From NCBI GenBank assembly GCA_045541505.1, contig JAZQJF010000003.1:8237-72236 (forward strand): a stretch of DNA of 64,000 nt. Direction: 5' to 3'. The position numbers were made by a program, and so were the translations under genes. The first letter of the stretch is position 1. Each line of letters opens with the position of its first letter. Below the pieces are notes generated by a model. That model worked only from the letters and a program-made list of their open reading frames with translations. It had not been told where the DNA came from and made no database searches. Positions 21,671 to 29,478 of this stretch are shown one piece after another. Source of the DNA: Acutalibacteraceae bacterium. GTDB taxonomy: Bacteria; Bacillota; Clostridia; Oscillospirales; Acutalibacteraceae.

Positions 21671-22621
21671 TTACTTCAAACGGTAATAAACTTTGCCGGG
21701 TTCAAGGGTTTTCCCTTTAAGATAGGCAAGTTCACTGACAGTTACAAAAGCATAGCCTTCATGCTGAAGCTTGTCCATCGCCATAATCGCTCCGTCAATT
21801 GTCGAATCGTAAAGATCATGCATAAGAATAATAACACCGTCTTCGGCGTTTTTAACAATGTTGTTGCAAACACTGTTTTTGTCTCTGTACTTCCAGTCAA
21901 GGGTATCAACACACCAGGTAATAATAGGAACACCTGCTGCAGATTTTACCTTATCGTTATAGCTTCCGTAAGGCGGTCTCACCAATCCGGGTGTAACGCC
22001 GAGTACTTTTTCCACAGCCTTGTTGGTTTTGACAAACTGATTCATCAGTTCATTCCCCTTAAGCTTTGTAAGGTCTTTGTGACTGTAAGTATGTGAACCG
22101 ATTTCATTACCCATATTGTGGGCACGTTTAAGAGTTGAGGCGTATTTTTCAACTCTGTCACCTACAACGAAAAATGTGACTCGTGCATTAAATTTATCAA
22201 GATTATCAAGAAGCCTGTTTGTGTGTTTGGGTGACGGCCCGTCATCAAACGTAAGAGCTATAAGTTTTTTATTACCTTTGATGGATTCAAGATAAGCTTC
22301 TCTGTCAGGATTAAATACCTGAGTAGTCGTATATTTGGTAGTGGTTATCTTTTCTTCTTTCTCAGGTTTTTTTACAGGCTTTTTAGTTATTGTTTTCTTC
22401 GTAGTAGCCATTGTTGTAGTAGTTGTTGTGGTGGTTGTTGTAGTTGTAGTTGTTGTAGTTGTGGTGGTTGTACTTGTCGTAGTTTGCGCAGTTGTTAAGC
22501 CTGTAGTGGCTTCAGCAGAAAAATGTGAATTTTTTGCTGCTGTAACGCAACCGAAAACCGCTGCGATTACAATAACAACCGAAGCAACAAATAAAACTGC
22601 TTTTTTGTTTTTTAACATCAT
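21671..22621 (-). CDS. membrane-anchored polysaccharide deacetylase (CE4, NodB homology domain) with a poly-Thr linker
   Basis: The start is at the ATG-ATG pair 10 nt after GGGGAGA. An N-terminal TM helix is followed by a Thr-rich linker, then NodB motifs (LTFDDGP, HTYSH, RPPYG). Confidence 0.85.
   Translation of the reverse strand: MMLKNKKAVLFVASVVIVIAAVFGCVTAAKNSHFSAEATTGLTTAQTTTSTTTTTTTTTTTTTTTTTTTTMATTKKTITKKPVKKPEKEEKITTTKYTTTQVFNPDREAYLESIKGNKKLIALTFDDGPSPKHTNRLLDNLDKFNARVTFFVVGDRVEKYASTLKRAHNMGNEIGSHTYSHKDLTKLKGNELMNQFVKTNKAVEKVLGVTPGLVRPPYGSYNDKVKSAAGVPIITWCVDTLDWKYRDKNSVCNNIVKNAEDGVIILMHDLYDSTIDGAIMAMDKLQHEGYAFVTVSELAYLKGKTLEPGKVYYRLK
22398..22500. repeat. low-complexity ACN-codon (poly-threonine) tract
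   Basis: Reads as GTNGTNGTN on the plus strand. It encodes ...TTTSTTTTTTTTTTTTTTTTTTTT... in the minus-strand CE4 gene. Confidence 0.8.
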
Positions 22622-22772
22622 TTTAGCTATATCTCCCCGGGAATTTGCTTTATGTAGTATTTTATCACCGAAAAAAACATCCGTCAATAATATTTGCAGT
22701 TTCTTTACAAATTATTTGCTTTTACGCGAAAAAGGATATATAATGCTTTATAATAACACACGGAGGTGCGAT

Positions 22773-25106
22773 ATGAATTTATCTTCTAAGTTTATTTCTG
22801 CAACAAAAAAGTATAACTCTTATTTTGAGCACATCCCTGCTCCCCTTTTCAGAAAATCTTTTAACATTGAAAAAGACATTGACAGCGCACAGATTACAAT
22901 TTGCGGTCTCGGTTTTTATAAAATGTATATTAACGGCAAAGACATAACAAAAGGTATGCTTGCCCCCTATATTTCAAATCCCGATCATATTTTGTATTAT
23001 GACAGCTATAATATTGCTCCGCTTTTGAAAAAAGGTGAAAACGTTATTGGTATTATTCTTGGTAACGGTATGCTCAACTGCCCCGGCGGCGCAGTGTGGG
23101 AATTTGAAAAAGCTTCATGGCGAAGCGCACCGAAGGTTGCTCTTAGCGCTGAATTCAAATATTCTGACGGCAGTGAGGAAGAATTTGAGGCAGATGAAAG
23201 CTTCAGAACAAGCGAAAGTCCCATCTGGTTTGACGATTTAAGAAGCGGAACTTTCTATAACGCTCTCAAAGAGCAGGACGGTTGGAACAACTCCGGTTTT
23301 GACGACAGCAACTGGGGCAACGCTTTTTATTGTGAAACTCCGAGAGGCGAACAGCGCATCTGCGAAGCTGAGCCTATTGTTGCAAGCAGAAGAATCAATT
23401 CTGTAAAAATGTGGAAAGGCGGTCTTGTTGACTATACCCCAGAAAGAAAGCTTGATTGGACAACTCTTGAATACCCGCAGTCCACTCAGGGACATATTTT
23501 TGATTTCGGTGTAAATTCAGCAGGCGTTTTTGAATTTAAAATCAAAGATGCAAAACCCGGAACAAGAGTTGAATTTTTCACATCTGAAACTATTGATGAA
23601 AACGGTAATATCGACACTTATAATTTTGCGAAATTCTTCCCGAAATATTACGGACAGCGTGATATTTATATCTGCAAAGGCGGTGAAGAAAGCTTTATTC
23701 CTGATTTTACATATCACGGATACAGATACCTTCTTGTTATCGGGCTGGAAGATTCTCAGATAAAAGAAGACACCGTAACTTATATAGAAGCTCACACAAA
23801 GCTTGAAGAAATGGGCGGTTTTGTTTGTTCAGACGAAACTGCAAACACTATTGAAAAAATGACATTCATCTCGGATAAGTCAAACTTTTTCTATTTTCCC
23901 ACCGACTGCCCTCACCGTGAAAAGAACGGCTGGACCGGTGACGCCGCACTTTCTGCTGAGCAGTTGATAATAAACCTCAGCGCAGAAAAAAGCTTCAAGG
24001 AATGGCTGCGCAACATAAGAAAAGCTATGAAAGATAACGGTGCTTTGCCGGGCATTGTTCCCACAGGTGATTGGGGTTATGAATGGGGCAACGGTCCTGC
24101 CTGGGATGCTGTTCTCACCTTTCTCCCCTATTACACCTATCTTTACAGAGGCGACAAAGAAATTCTTGAAGAAAACGCAACGGCCATTCTCCGCTATCTT
24201 AATTATATCGCTTCAAGAAGAGATAAAAACGGACTTATCGCTATAGGTCTCGGCGACTGGGTTCAGCCCGAAAGAAACGCAGGCGATCCAACTTGTCCGC
24301 TTATTGTAACAGACAGTATTTATTGCCTTACTATTTGTGAAAAGGCAGCGTTTATATTCAAAGAACTTGGTCTTACTCTTCAGTATAACTTTGCAATCTC
24401 ACTTTATAACGAATTCAGATCAGCAATAAGAACTCATCTTGTTGACTTTAACAATATGACTGTTTTCAGCGACACACAGTCAGCTATTGCTATGGCAATT
24501 TATTACGGTATATTTGACGGTTGTGAAATTCCCCTCGCAGTTAAACGCCTTGTTGAGCTGGTTCATCAGGCAGGCGATCTTTTTGACACCGGCGCTTTAG
24601 GTGCAAGGTGCATTTTCCACGTGCTCGCTGACTGCGGATACGCAGACCTTGCATACAAAATGATCAGCGGACCAGGATTTCCCTCTTACGGCTACTGGAT
24701 TAAACAAGGCTACACTGCATTATGTGAAAGCTTCCACCTTAAAGGTTTTGAATCACTTAACCATCATTTCTGGGGCGATGTTTCTTCCTGGTATCTTCAG
24801 AAGGTTGCAGGTATCAGAGTGAACCCCAACAGAGATGACGTTTCAAGAATCGACATAAAACCAAACTTTATTGAATCACTGACTTTTGCCGAGGGATGGC
24901 ATAATTCGGTTAACGGCGAGGTTTTTGTACGTTGGGATAAAGACGGCGATAACGCAACAATAAAAATCAATATACCTCAGGAATGTCACGGTTACCTTGT
25001 TTTACCTGAAAACTGGATAATAAAATCTGACAGCAGAAAAATCAACGCGCTTAAATTCGCCGAATTGGAAACTGTTACAGAACTTCAGCTTATCAGGATA
25101 AAATAA
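22773..25106 (+). CDS. GH78 alpha-L-rhamnosidase
   Basis: The ATG at 22773 lies 6 nt after GGAGG. TDCPHREKNGWTGDA is the GH78 catalytic-domain signature. The upstream part of the listed ORF is the antisense of the poly-Thr tract. Confidence 0.9.
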   Translation: MNLSSKFISATKKYNSYFEHIPAPLFRKSFNIEKDIDSAQITICGLGFYKMYINGKDITKGMLAPYISNPDHILYYDSYNIAPLLKKGENVIGIILGNGMLNCPGGAVWEFEKASWRSAPKVALSAEFKYSDGSEEEFEADESFRTSESPIWFDDLRSGTFYNALKEQDGWNNSGFDDSNWGNAFYCETPRGEQRICEAEPIVASRRINSVKMWKGGLVDYTPERKLDWTTLEYPQSTQGHIFDFGVNSAGVFEFKIKDAKPGTRVEFFTSETIDENGNIDTYNFAKFFPKYYGQRDIYICKGGEESFIPDFTYHGYRYLLVIGLEDSQIKEDTVTYIEAHTKLEEMGGFVCSDETANTIEKMTFISDKSNFFYFPTDCPHREKNGWTGDAALSAEQLIINLSAEKSFKEWLRNIRKAMKDNGALPGIVPTGDWGYEWGNGPAWDAVLTFLPYYTYLYRGDKEILEENATAILRYLNYIASRRDKNGLIAIGLGDWVQPERNAGDPTCPLIVTDSIYCLTICEKAAFIFKELGLTLQYNFAISLYNEFRSAIRTHLVDFNNMTVFSDTQSAIAMAIYYGIFDGCEIPLAVKRLVELVHQAGDLFDTGALGARCIFHVLADCGYADLAYKMISGPGFPSYGYWIKQGYTALCESFHLKGFESLNHHFWGDVSSWYLQKVAGIRVNPNRDDVSRIDIKPNFIESLTFAEGWHNSVNGEVFVRWDKDGDNATIKINIPQECHGYLVLPENWIIKSDSRKINALKFAELETVTELQLIRIK

Positions 25107-25138
25107 TAATATATTTTTAAAAAATATCTAAAAAGCTG

Positions 25139-25167
25139 TTTACATTAAAATAAATCAATGCTATAAT
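25139..25167 (+). promoter_or_regulatory. sigma-A type promoter
   Basis: TTTACA at 25139-25144, a 17-nt spacer, and TATAAT at 25162-25167. Confidence 0.55.
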
Positions 25168-25238
25168 TTAAAAAAGTCTTATATTTGCACCTCAGTGCAC
25201 TATAAGATCAGAATATTATCGCGTTAGAGTCTATCTTT

Positions 25239-25281
25239 CGTCTCTGTTCAGGTTTATCACCACGAACAGAGACGTTTAATT
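25239..25281 (+). promoter_or_regulatory. 5' leader hairpin (possible attenuator)
   Basis: An 11-bp perfect stem, CGTCTCTGTTC (25239-25249) with GAACAGAGACG (25264-25274), has a 14-nt loop and is followed by TTTAATT. It lies between the promoter and the RBS. Confidence 0.4.
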
Positions 25282-25315
25282 GTCTGTGGCAACCGATTTC
25301 GCAAAGGAGATTACA

Positions 25316-27310
25316 ATGAAAAACTACAACAAGTATAAACCCCAATACTTCATGCCCCCTGTTACTACATACGATTGGGTAAAAAAAGAATACATTGACA
25401 CTCCTCCTGCCTGGTGCAGTGTTGACCTTTGTGACGGTAATCAGGCTCTTATTGAACCTATGAACCTTGAAGAAAAAATCAGTTTTTTCAAGCTTCTTGT
25501 TGAAATCGGTTTTAAAGAGATTGAAGTTGGTTTTCCCGCTGAGTCAGAGACAGACAATTTATTTATCCGCCGTCTTATTGAGGACAGACTTATCCCCGAT
25601 GATGTTACTATTCAGGTTCTTACACAGTCGGACAAATCTCTTATACGCAAAACTTTTGACGCTGTAAGCGGAGCAAAGCGTGTTATAATTCATCTTTTCA
25701 ACTCAACTTCCGTTGCTCAGCGTGAGCAAATATTTAATAAAACAAAAGAAGAAGTTAAGAAAACAGCAACTGAAGGAGCAAAGCTTCTTTTGGACATGGC
25801 AAAGAAAAGCAAGAATGTTTTCTCATTTCAGTACAGTCCCGAAGGCTTTACCGGCACTGAAATTGATTTTGCTCTTGATATCTGCAACTGCGTTCTTGAT
25901 ATATGGCATCCCACCGCAGAACACAAGGCTATTATCAATCTCCCGGCATCTGTTGAAAGCTCAATGCCGCATATTTTCGCTTCTCAGGTTGAATTTATGA
26001 GTAAAAACCTCAAATACAGAGACGGAGTTACTCTCAGCGTACACACTCATAATGACAGAGGCTGCAGTGTCTGTGATGCTGAATTTGCCGTTCTCGCGGG
26101 TGCTGACAGAATAGAAGGTTCTCTTTTCGGTAACGGAAAAAGAACCGGCAACGCTGATATTATTACGCTTGCTATGAATATGTTTTCTCACGGTATTGAT
26201 CCTAAGCTTGATTTTTCAAACATACCCGAAATAGTTCAGAAATATGAACGTTATACCGGTATGCATGTGTATGAACGCTCACCGTATGCAGGAGCTCTTG
26301 TTTTCTCTGCTTTTTCAGGCTCACATCAGGAAGCAATCACCAAAGGTATCGAATACAGAGAAGAAAACAAGCTTGATACCTGGAACGTTCCATACCTTCC
26401 CATTGACCCGATAGATGTAGGCAGAACGTACGATTCCGACGTTATCCGTATCAACAGTCAGTCAGGAAAAGGCGGAGTTGCATATATCCTTAACAGAAGC
26501 TTCGGTCTTCAGATTCCGGATAAAATGCACGACGAATTGGGCAGCACCGTTAAATCGGTATCAGACCAAGAGCATAAAGAACTTACCCCTGACCTGGTTT
26601 ACGGTGTTTTCAGCAAAAAATACATTACCAACACACCTATTTTTAAAATAACCAAAAGTGTTTTCCAGCACGATTCTGTTGTCAAGGCTGAAATTGTTAT
26701 TGAGCTTTCTTCAGGTAATGTTTTCAATGTTAAATCAGAAGGTAACGGCCGCCTTGATGCAGTTGCAAAGGCTTTACAAAAATACTTTGATGTTGAATTT
26801 GATATCGGCATTTACGAACAGCACGCTCTCACAACCGGTTCAACCTCAAAAGCTATATCATACGTTAGCATAAACGGTGACGGTAATGTATATTGGGGTG
26901 TAGGAATAGACGAGGATATTATCAAGTCGTCAATTGACGCTCTTGTAATTGCGGTAAATCAGATCAAAAAGGTTCAGGATTTTCAGGTAAACACAGACCC
27001 GAGAATTATTGAGATGATAGACTACATCAAAGATCACTATAAAACAGTTACACTCGACGAGCTTTCATCAAAATTTTTCCTTTCTAAACAATATATTTCA
27101 AAATATATTAAAGAAAAGTCAGGTCTGACTTTTTGCGATAACGTTAAAAAGGTAAGAATGAAAAAGGCTGAAGAGCTTCTCATAACAACATCCATGAATG
27201 TTGAAAAGGTAGCTGAAAGCGCAGGATATCCGAGCGTGGAGCATTTCAACCGTAGATTCAAGAAAATGCACGGGCTCACACCTGTTCAGTACAGAAACAA
27301 GAATAAATAA
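25316..27310 (+). CDS. 2-isopropylmalate-synthase-like protein (long LeuA form, including the LeuA allosteric domain) fused to a C-terminal AraC/XylS HTH domain
   Basis: The ATG at 25316 follows AAGGAGA. LeuA-type motifs occur throughout (WCSVDLCDGNQALIEPM, EIEVGFP, HTHNDRG, ADRIEGSLFGNGKRTGN, FSGSHQ, INSQSGKGG). The last ~100 aa are an AraC double HTH (SKQYISKYIKE..., GYPSVEHFNRRFKKMHGLTPVQYR). Confidence 0.85.
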   Translation: MKNYNKYKPQYFMPPVTTYDWVKKEYIDTPPAWCSVDLCDGNQALIEPMNLEEKISFFKLLVEIGFKEIEVGFPAESETDNLFIRRLIEDRLIPDDVTIQVLTQSDKSLIRKTFDAVSGAKRVIIHLFNSTSVAQREQIFNKTKEEVKKTATEGAKLLLDMAKKSKNVFSFQYSPEGFTGTEIDFALDICNCVLDIWHPTAEHKAIINLPASVESSMPHIFASQVEFMSKNLKYRDGVTLSVHTHNDRGCSVCDAEFAVLAGADRIEGSLFGNGKRTGNADIITLAMNMFSHGIDPKLDFSNIPEIVQKYERYTGMHVYERSPYAGALVFSAFSGSHQEAITKGIEYREENKLDTWNVPYLPIDPIDVGRTYDSDVIRINSQSGKGGVAYILNRSFGLQIPDKMHDELGSTVKSVSDQEHKELTPDLVYGVFSKKYITNTPIFKITKSVFQHDSVVKAEIVIELSSGNVFNVKSEGNGRLDAVAKALQKYFDVEFDIGIYEQHALTTGSTSKAISYVSINGDGNVYWGVGIDEDIIKSSIDALVIAVNQIKKVQDFQVNTDPRIIEMIDYIKDHYKTVTLDELSSKFFLSKQYISKYIKEKSGLTFCDNVKKVRMKKAEELLITTSMNVEKVAESAGYPSVEHFNRRFKKMHGLTPVQYRNKNK

Positions 27311-27315
27311 AAGAG

Positions 27316-27351
27316 TCCCTCTTACGAGCAAATCGTAAGAGGGATTTTTTT
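27316..27351 (+). terminator. Rho-independent terminator
   Basis: A 12-bp stem, TCCCTCTTACGA/TCGTAAGAGGGA, is followed by T7. Confidence 0.85.
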
Positions 27352-27366
27352 ACAATAATATGTTAT

Positions 27367-28239
27367 TTAAAACCTCACATCTGCACATATGGCAGCGTGG
27401 TCAGAAAGATACATCATTTTAATTCTTTCGTCAATGATTTTATATCTATCAACCTCAACACCTTCTGAAACAAAAATGTAATCAATCGGCTTTGTGGCAA
27501 AAACATTTAAACCGTAATCTTTATAAGTTGCACCTTTATCTGATTTTTTGGCAAGATATTTTGAGTCAGACATAAAAGAAGTCATATCATTATAGGCAGC
27601 TGAGCCCTCCTGAGAATTAAAGTCACCTGTGCACACAACGGGATAGCCCTTTGCCTTGAGCTCTCCAATTTTTGATTTTAGAACCTGAATCTGCTTTGAC
27701 TGCACCGTTTCATAATTGAAATCAAGATGTGTGTTGATATGGGTGTAAATTTTGCCTGTTGAATTGTTTTTGAGAGTTGCCCATGTTGCAATTCTCGGAC
27801 AGCCTGAGCCTTCATATCTTGAGCCGAAAACATCAGGGGTATCAGAAAGCCAGATTGTACCGCTGTCAAGAAGGGTGTATTTATCTTTTAGGTAAAATAC
27901 TGCACTGGCCTCCGCACCTTCACCTTCTTCGCGAAGTTGAGCAACACAAGCATAGTCAGTCATTTTTTCTGTCAAAATATCGAGCCACTGCTGAGTAGCT
28001 TCCTGAACACCGAAGGAGTCGGGTGCATACTGCTCAAGTGCGGCGCAGATAAGCTTACTTCTGCCCTCAACAGAGCCGTAGTCATCGTCTTTATAGCGAA
28101 CATTAAAGGAAATTATTCTGGTTGCTTCTTCTGCTTTTTCGGGTACATTTCTGATAGTAAGGTTTGCAGGACTGAAAACACCTGCAGTAAAAAGAGCAGA
28201 AAGGATAAGAGCCATAAGTTGTCTGAATGCAAAAATCAT
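27367..28239 (-). CDS. secreted endonuclease/exonuclease/phosphatase (EEP) family protein
   Basis: The ATG at 28239 lies 7 nt after GAGGAG. A signal-like N-terminus is followed by EEP features (SFNVR, QE, GDFN, SDH near the C-terminus). Confidence 0.8.
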   Translation of the reverse strand: MIFAFRQLMALILSALFTAGVFSPANLTIRNVPEKAEEATRIISFNVRYKDDDYGSVEGRSKLICAALEQYAPDSFGVQEATQQWLDILTEKMTDYACVAQLREEGEGAEASAVFYLKDKYTLLDSGTIWLSDTPDVFGSRYEGSGCPRIATWATLKNNSTGKIYTHINTHLDFNYETVQSKQIQVLKSKIGELKAKGYPVVCTGDFNSQEGSAAYNDMTSFMSDSKYLAKKSDKGATYKDYGLNVFATKPIDYIFVSEGVEVDRYKIIDERIKMMYLSDHAAICADVRF

Positions 28240-28240
28240 A

Positions 28241-28945
28241 TTAATTCTCCTCAAAATAAAATTCTTTCATATCATCAAGACGCAGAAGCATCGGGGCAAG
28301 GCCGCCCGCAGCACCTGTGTCAATGTCAATCCAGGTGTCAGTGACAATGGCTTTGCCTTTGTATTCTTCGCCGTAATAAAAAGTTGGTGTGTGTCCGAAA
28401 ACAACTGTTATATCGTCAAAATATCGCTGTGTGAGTTCAGGCCTGTTCCACAGCAAATCACGCTGGGAATATTCAGAAAGCTTTTTGTTTTTTTCAAAAG
28501 AACCGAATCCGCTGTGAGTGAGAATAAAATCCCTATCCTCTACGCTCAGTAATTCACAAACAGGCGCATCTTCAAGATATTCAAGTATGTATCTTATTTC
28601 TGAATCTCTCATTGAACGAAGGGATTCAAGGGTTGCGCAACCGCCGTTCATCACCCAGGTAGAATAATTATCAAATTCTGAGCCTGTAAGGTTCGCGATT
28701 GACTCATCGGTAATTTCATCAAAAAGAAAATCACAAGCGAGCAACATAGCCTCGTGATTGCCGAGTATCAGCTGAGCATTAGGCATCGACATTAAAAGAC
28801 GAAGCAATTTTATTCCGTCAGAGCCTCTGTCAATGACATCACCGAGAACATAGAGAAAATCATCATCGCAAAAACCGACAGAATCAAGCATTGATCTGAA
28901 TTTTTCAATGGGGTAACCGTGTAAATCAGCAGTTACATAAATCAT
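28241..28945 (-). CDS. metallophosphoesterase (PPP-family Ser/Thr phosphatase-like)
   Basis: The ATG at 28945 lies 7 nt after GAGGGG. PPP motifs are present: DLHG, GDVIDRG, GNHE, GHTP. Confidence 0.85.
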   Translation of the reverse strand: MIYVTADLHGYPIEKFRSMLDSVGFCDDDFLYVLGDVIDRGSDGIKLLRLLMSMPNAQLILGNHEAMLLACDFLFDEITDESIANLTGSEFDNYSTWVMNGGCATLESLRSMRDSEIRYILEYLEDAPVCELLSVEDRDFILTHSGFGSFEKNKKLSEYSQRDLLWNRPELTQRYFDDITVVFGHTPTFYYGEEYKGKAIVTDTWIDIDTGAAGGLAPMLLRLDDMKEFYFEEN

Positions 28946-28963
28946 ATCATCACCCCTCGGGTA

Positions 28964-28992
28964 ATTATAGCTCAAAATTTCTTTTCTGTCAA
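28964..28992 (-). promoter_or_regulatory. possible sigma-A promoter (TTGACA, 17 nt spacer, TATAAT)
   Basis: The hexamers are perfect on the minus strand, but the -10 box is only ~6 nt from the RBS, so the leader would be extremely short. Confidence 0.4.
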
Positions 28993-29040
28993 AATATATT
29001 TAAATTGTTTTATCAGTATTTCTGACGGTACTCACTCCAA

Positions 29041-29074
29041 AAGAAAAAATGCAAACGACACCCCGAAGGATGCC
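29041..29074 (-). terminator. second, strand-specific hairpin with UUCG loop and U-tract
   Basis: The minus-strand RNA reads GGCAUCC-UUCG-GGGUGUC followed by GUUUGCAUUUUUUCUUUU. Two G.U pairs make the stem valid only on the minus strand. Confidence 0.45.
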
Positions 29075-29113
29075 TTATTTCCGTATTAAATTCCCAAGCG
29101 ATTGGGATTTTGG

Positions 29114-29148
29114 GTATAAAACTCGGGAGAGGTCGTTTGACCCCTCCC
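29114..29148 (-). terminator. Rho-independent terminator after the immunity gene
   Basis: The minus-strand stem GGGAGGGGUC/GACCUCUCCC (one G.U pair) is followed by GAGUUUUAUA. Confidence 0.6.
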
Positions 29149-29181
29149 ATACAAAAGCAAATGAGCTTTTTGATATTCAGT

Positions 29182-29478
29182 TTAATCCTCAAACCTTATA
29201 CTGATGGTCTGGTCTTCCATGGACCATAATGCCCATTTAAAGAAATCTGCCCATGAATCATCAACCTTAGAATCTTCCCACAAAGGTTTAAATTCATCTT
29301 CCTTTTCTTTTGGAATAAGCCACCCCATCATATCCTCGCCTTCCATCGAAGATGTTTCAAAATCATTACCATCTCCGGCATCAGCGAAAAAAATCATTCC
29401 CAAACGCTCCGCTTCATTCTGTATTAAAGCAAAAAATACATTGAACTTATCGCTTTCTTGCGTTCTTAACCCTTTCAT
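29182..29478 (-). CDS. acidic 98-aa protein, putative cognate immunity protein of the adjacent toxin remnant
   Basis: A perfect AAGGAGG lies 8 nt upstream of the ATG. The gene overlaps the 3' end of the toxin ORF by 32 nt. The protein is very acidic and Trp-rich, and its own terminator follows. Confidence 0.55.
   Translation of the reverse strand: MKGLRTQESDKFNVFFALIQNEAERLGMIFFADAGDGNDFETSSMEGEDMMGWLIPKEKEDEFKPLWEDSKVDDSWADFFKWALWSMEDQTISIRFED

Noticed and set aside
22398-22500. Repetitive DNA as a possible CRISPR array or tandem repeat
   Set aside because: There is no repeat-spacer periodicity. It is codon-level low complexity inside a coding region.
22335-22772. N-terminal 146 codons of the listed 923-aa ORF, including a poly-Val run
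   Set aside because: This stretch is the antisense of the poly-Thr tract and 5' end of the minus-strand CE4 gene. The real GH78 start is the ATG at 22773, which has a GGAGG RBS.
25107-25315. Possible T-box or amino-acid riboswitch upstream of the LeuA-like gene
   Set aside because: The leader is only about 140 nt from the predicted promoter. I could not find a T-box sequence, a specifier-loop arrangement or a convincing antiterminator alternative. Only a simple hairpin is supported.
29049-29192. 47-codon plus-strand ORF (MQTTPRRMPYFRIKF...) in the intergenic region
   Set aside because: It has no RBS, overlaps minus-strand terminator structures and runs into the immunity gene on the opposite strand.
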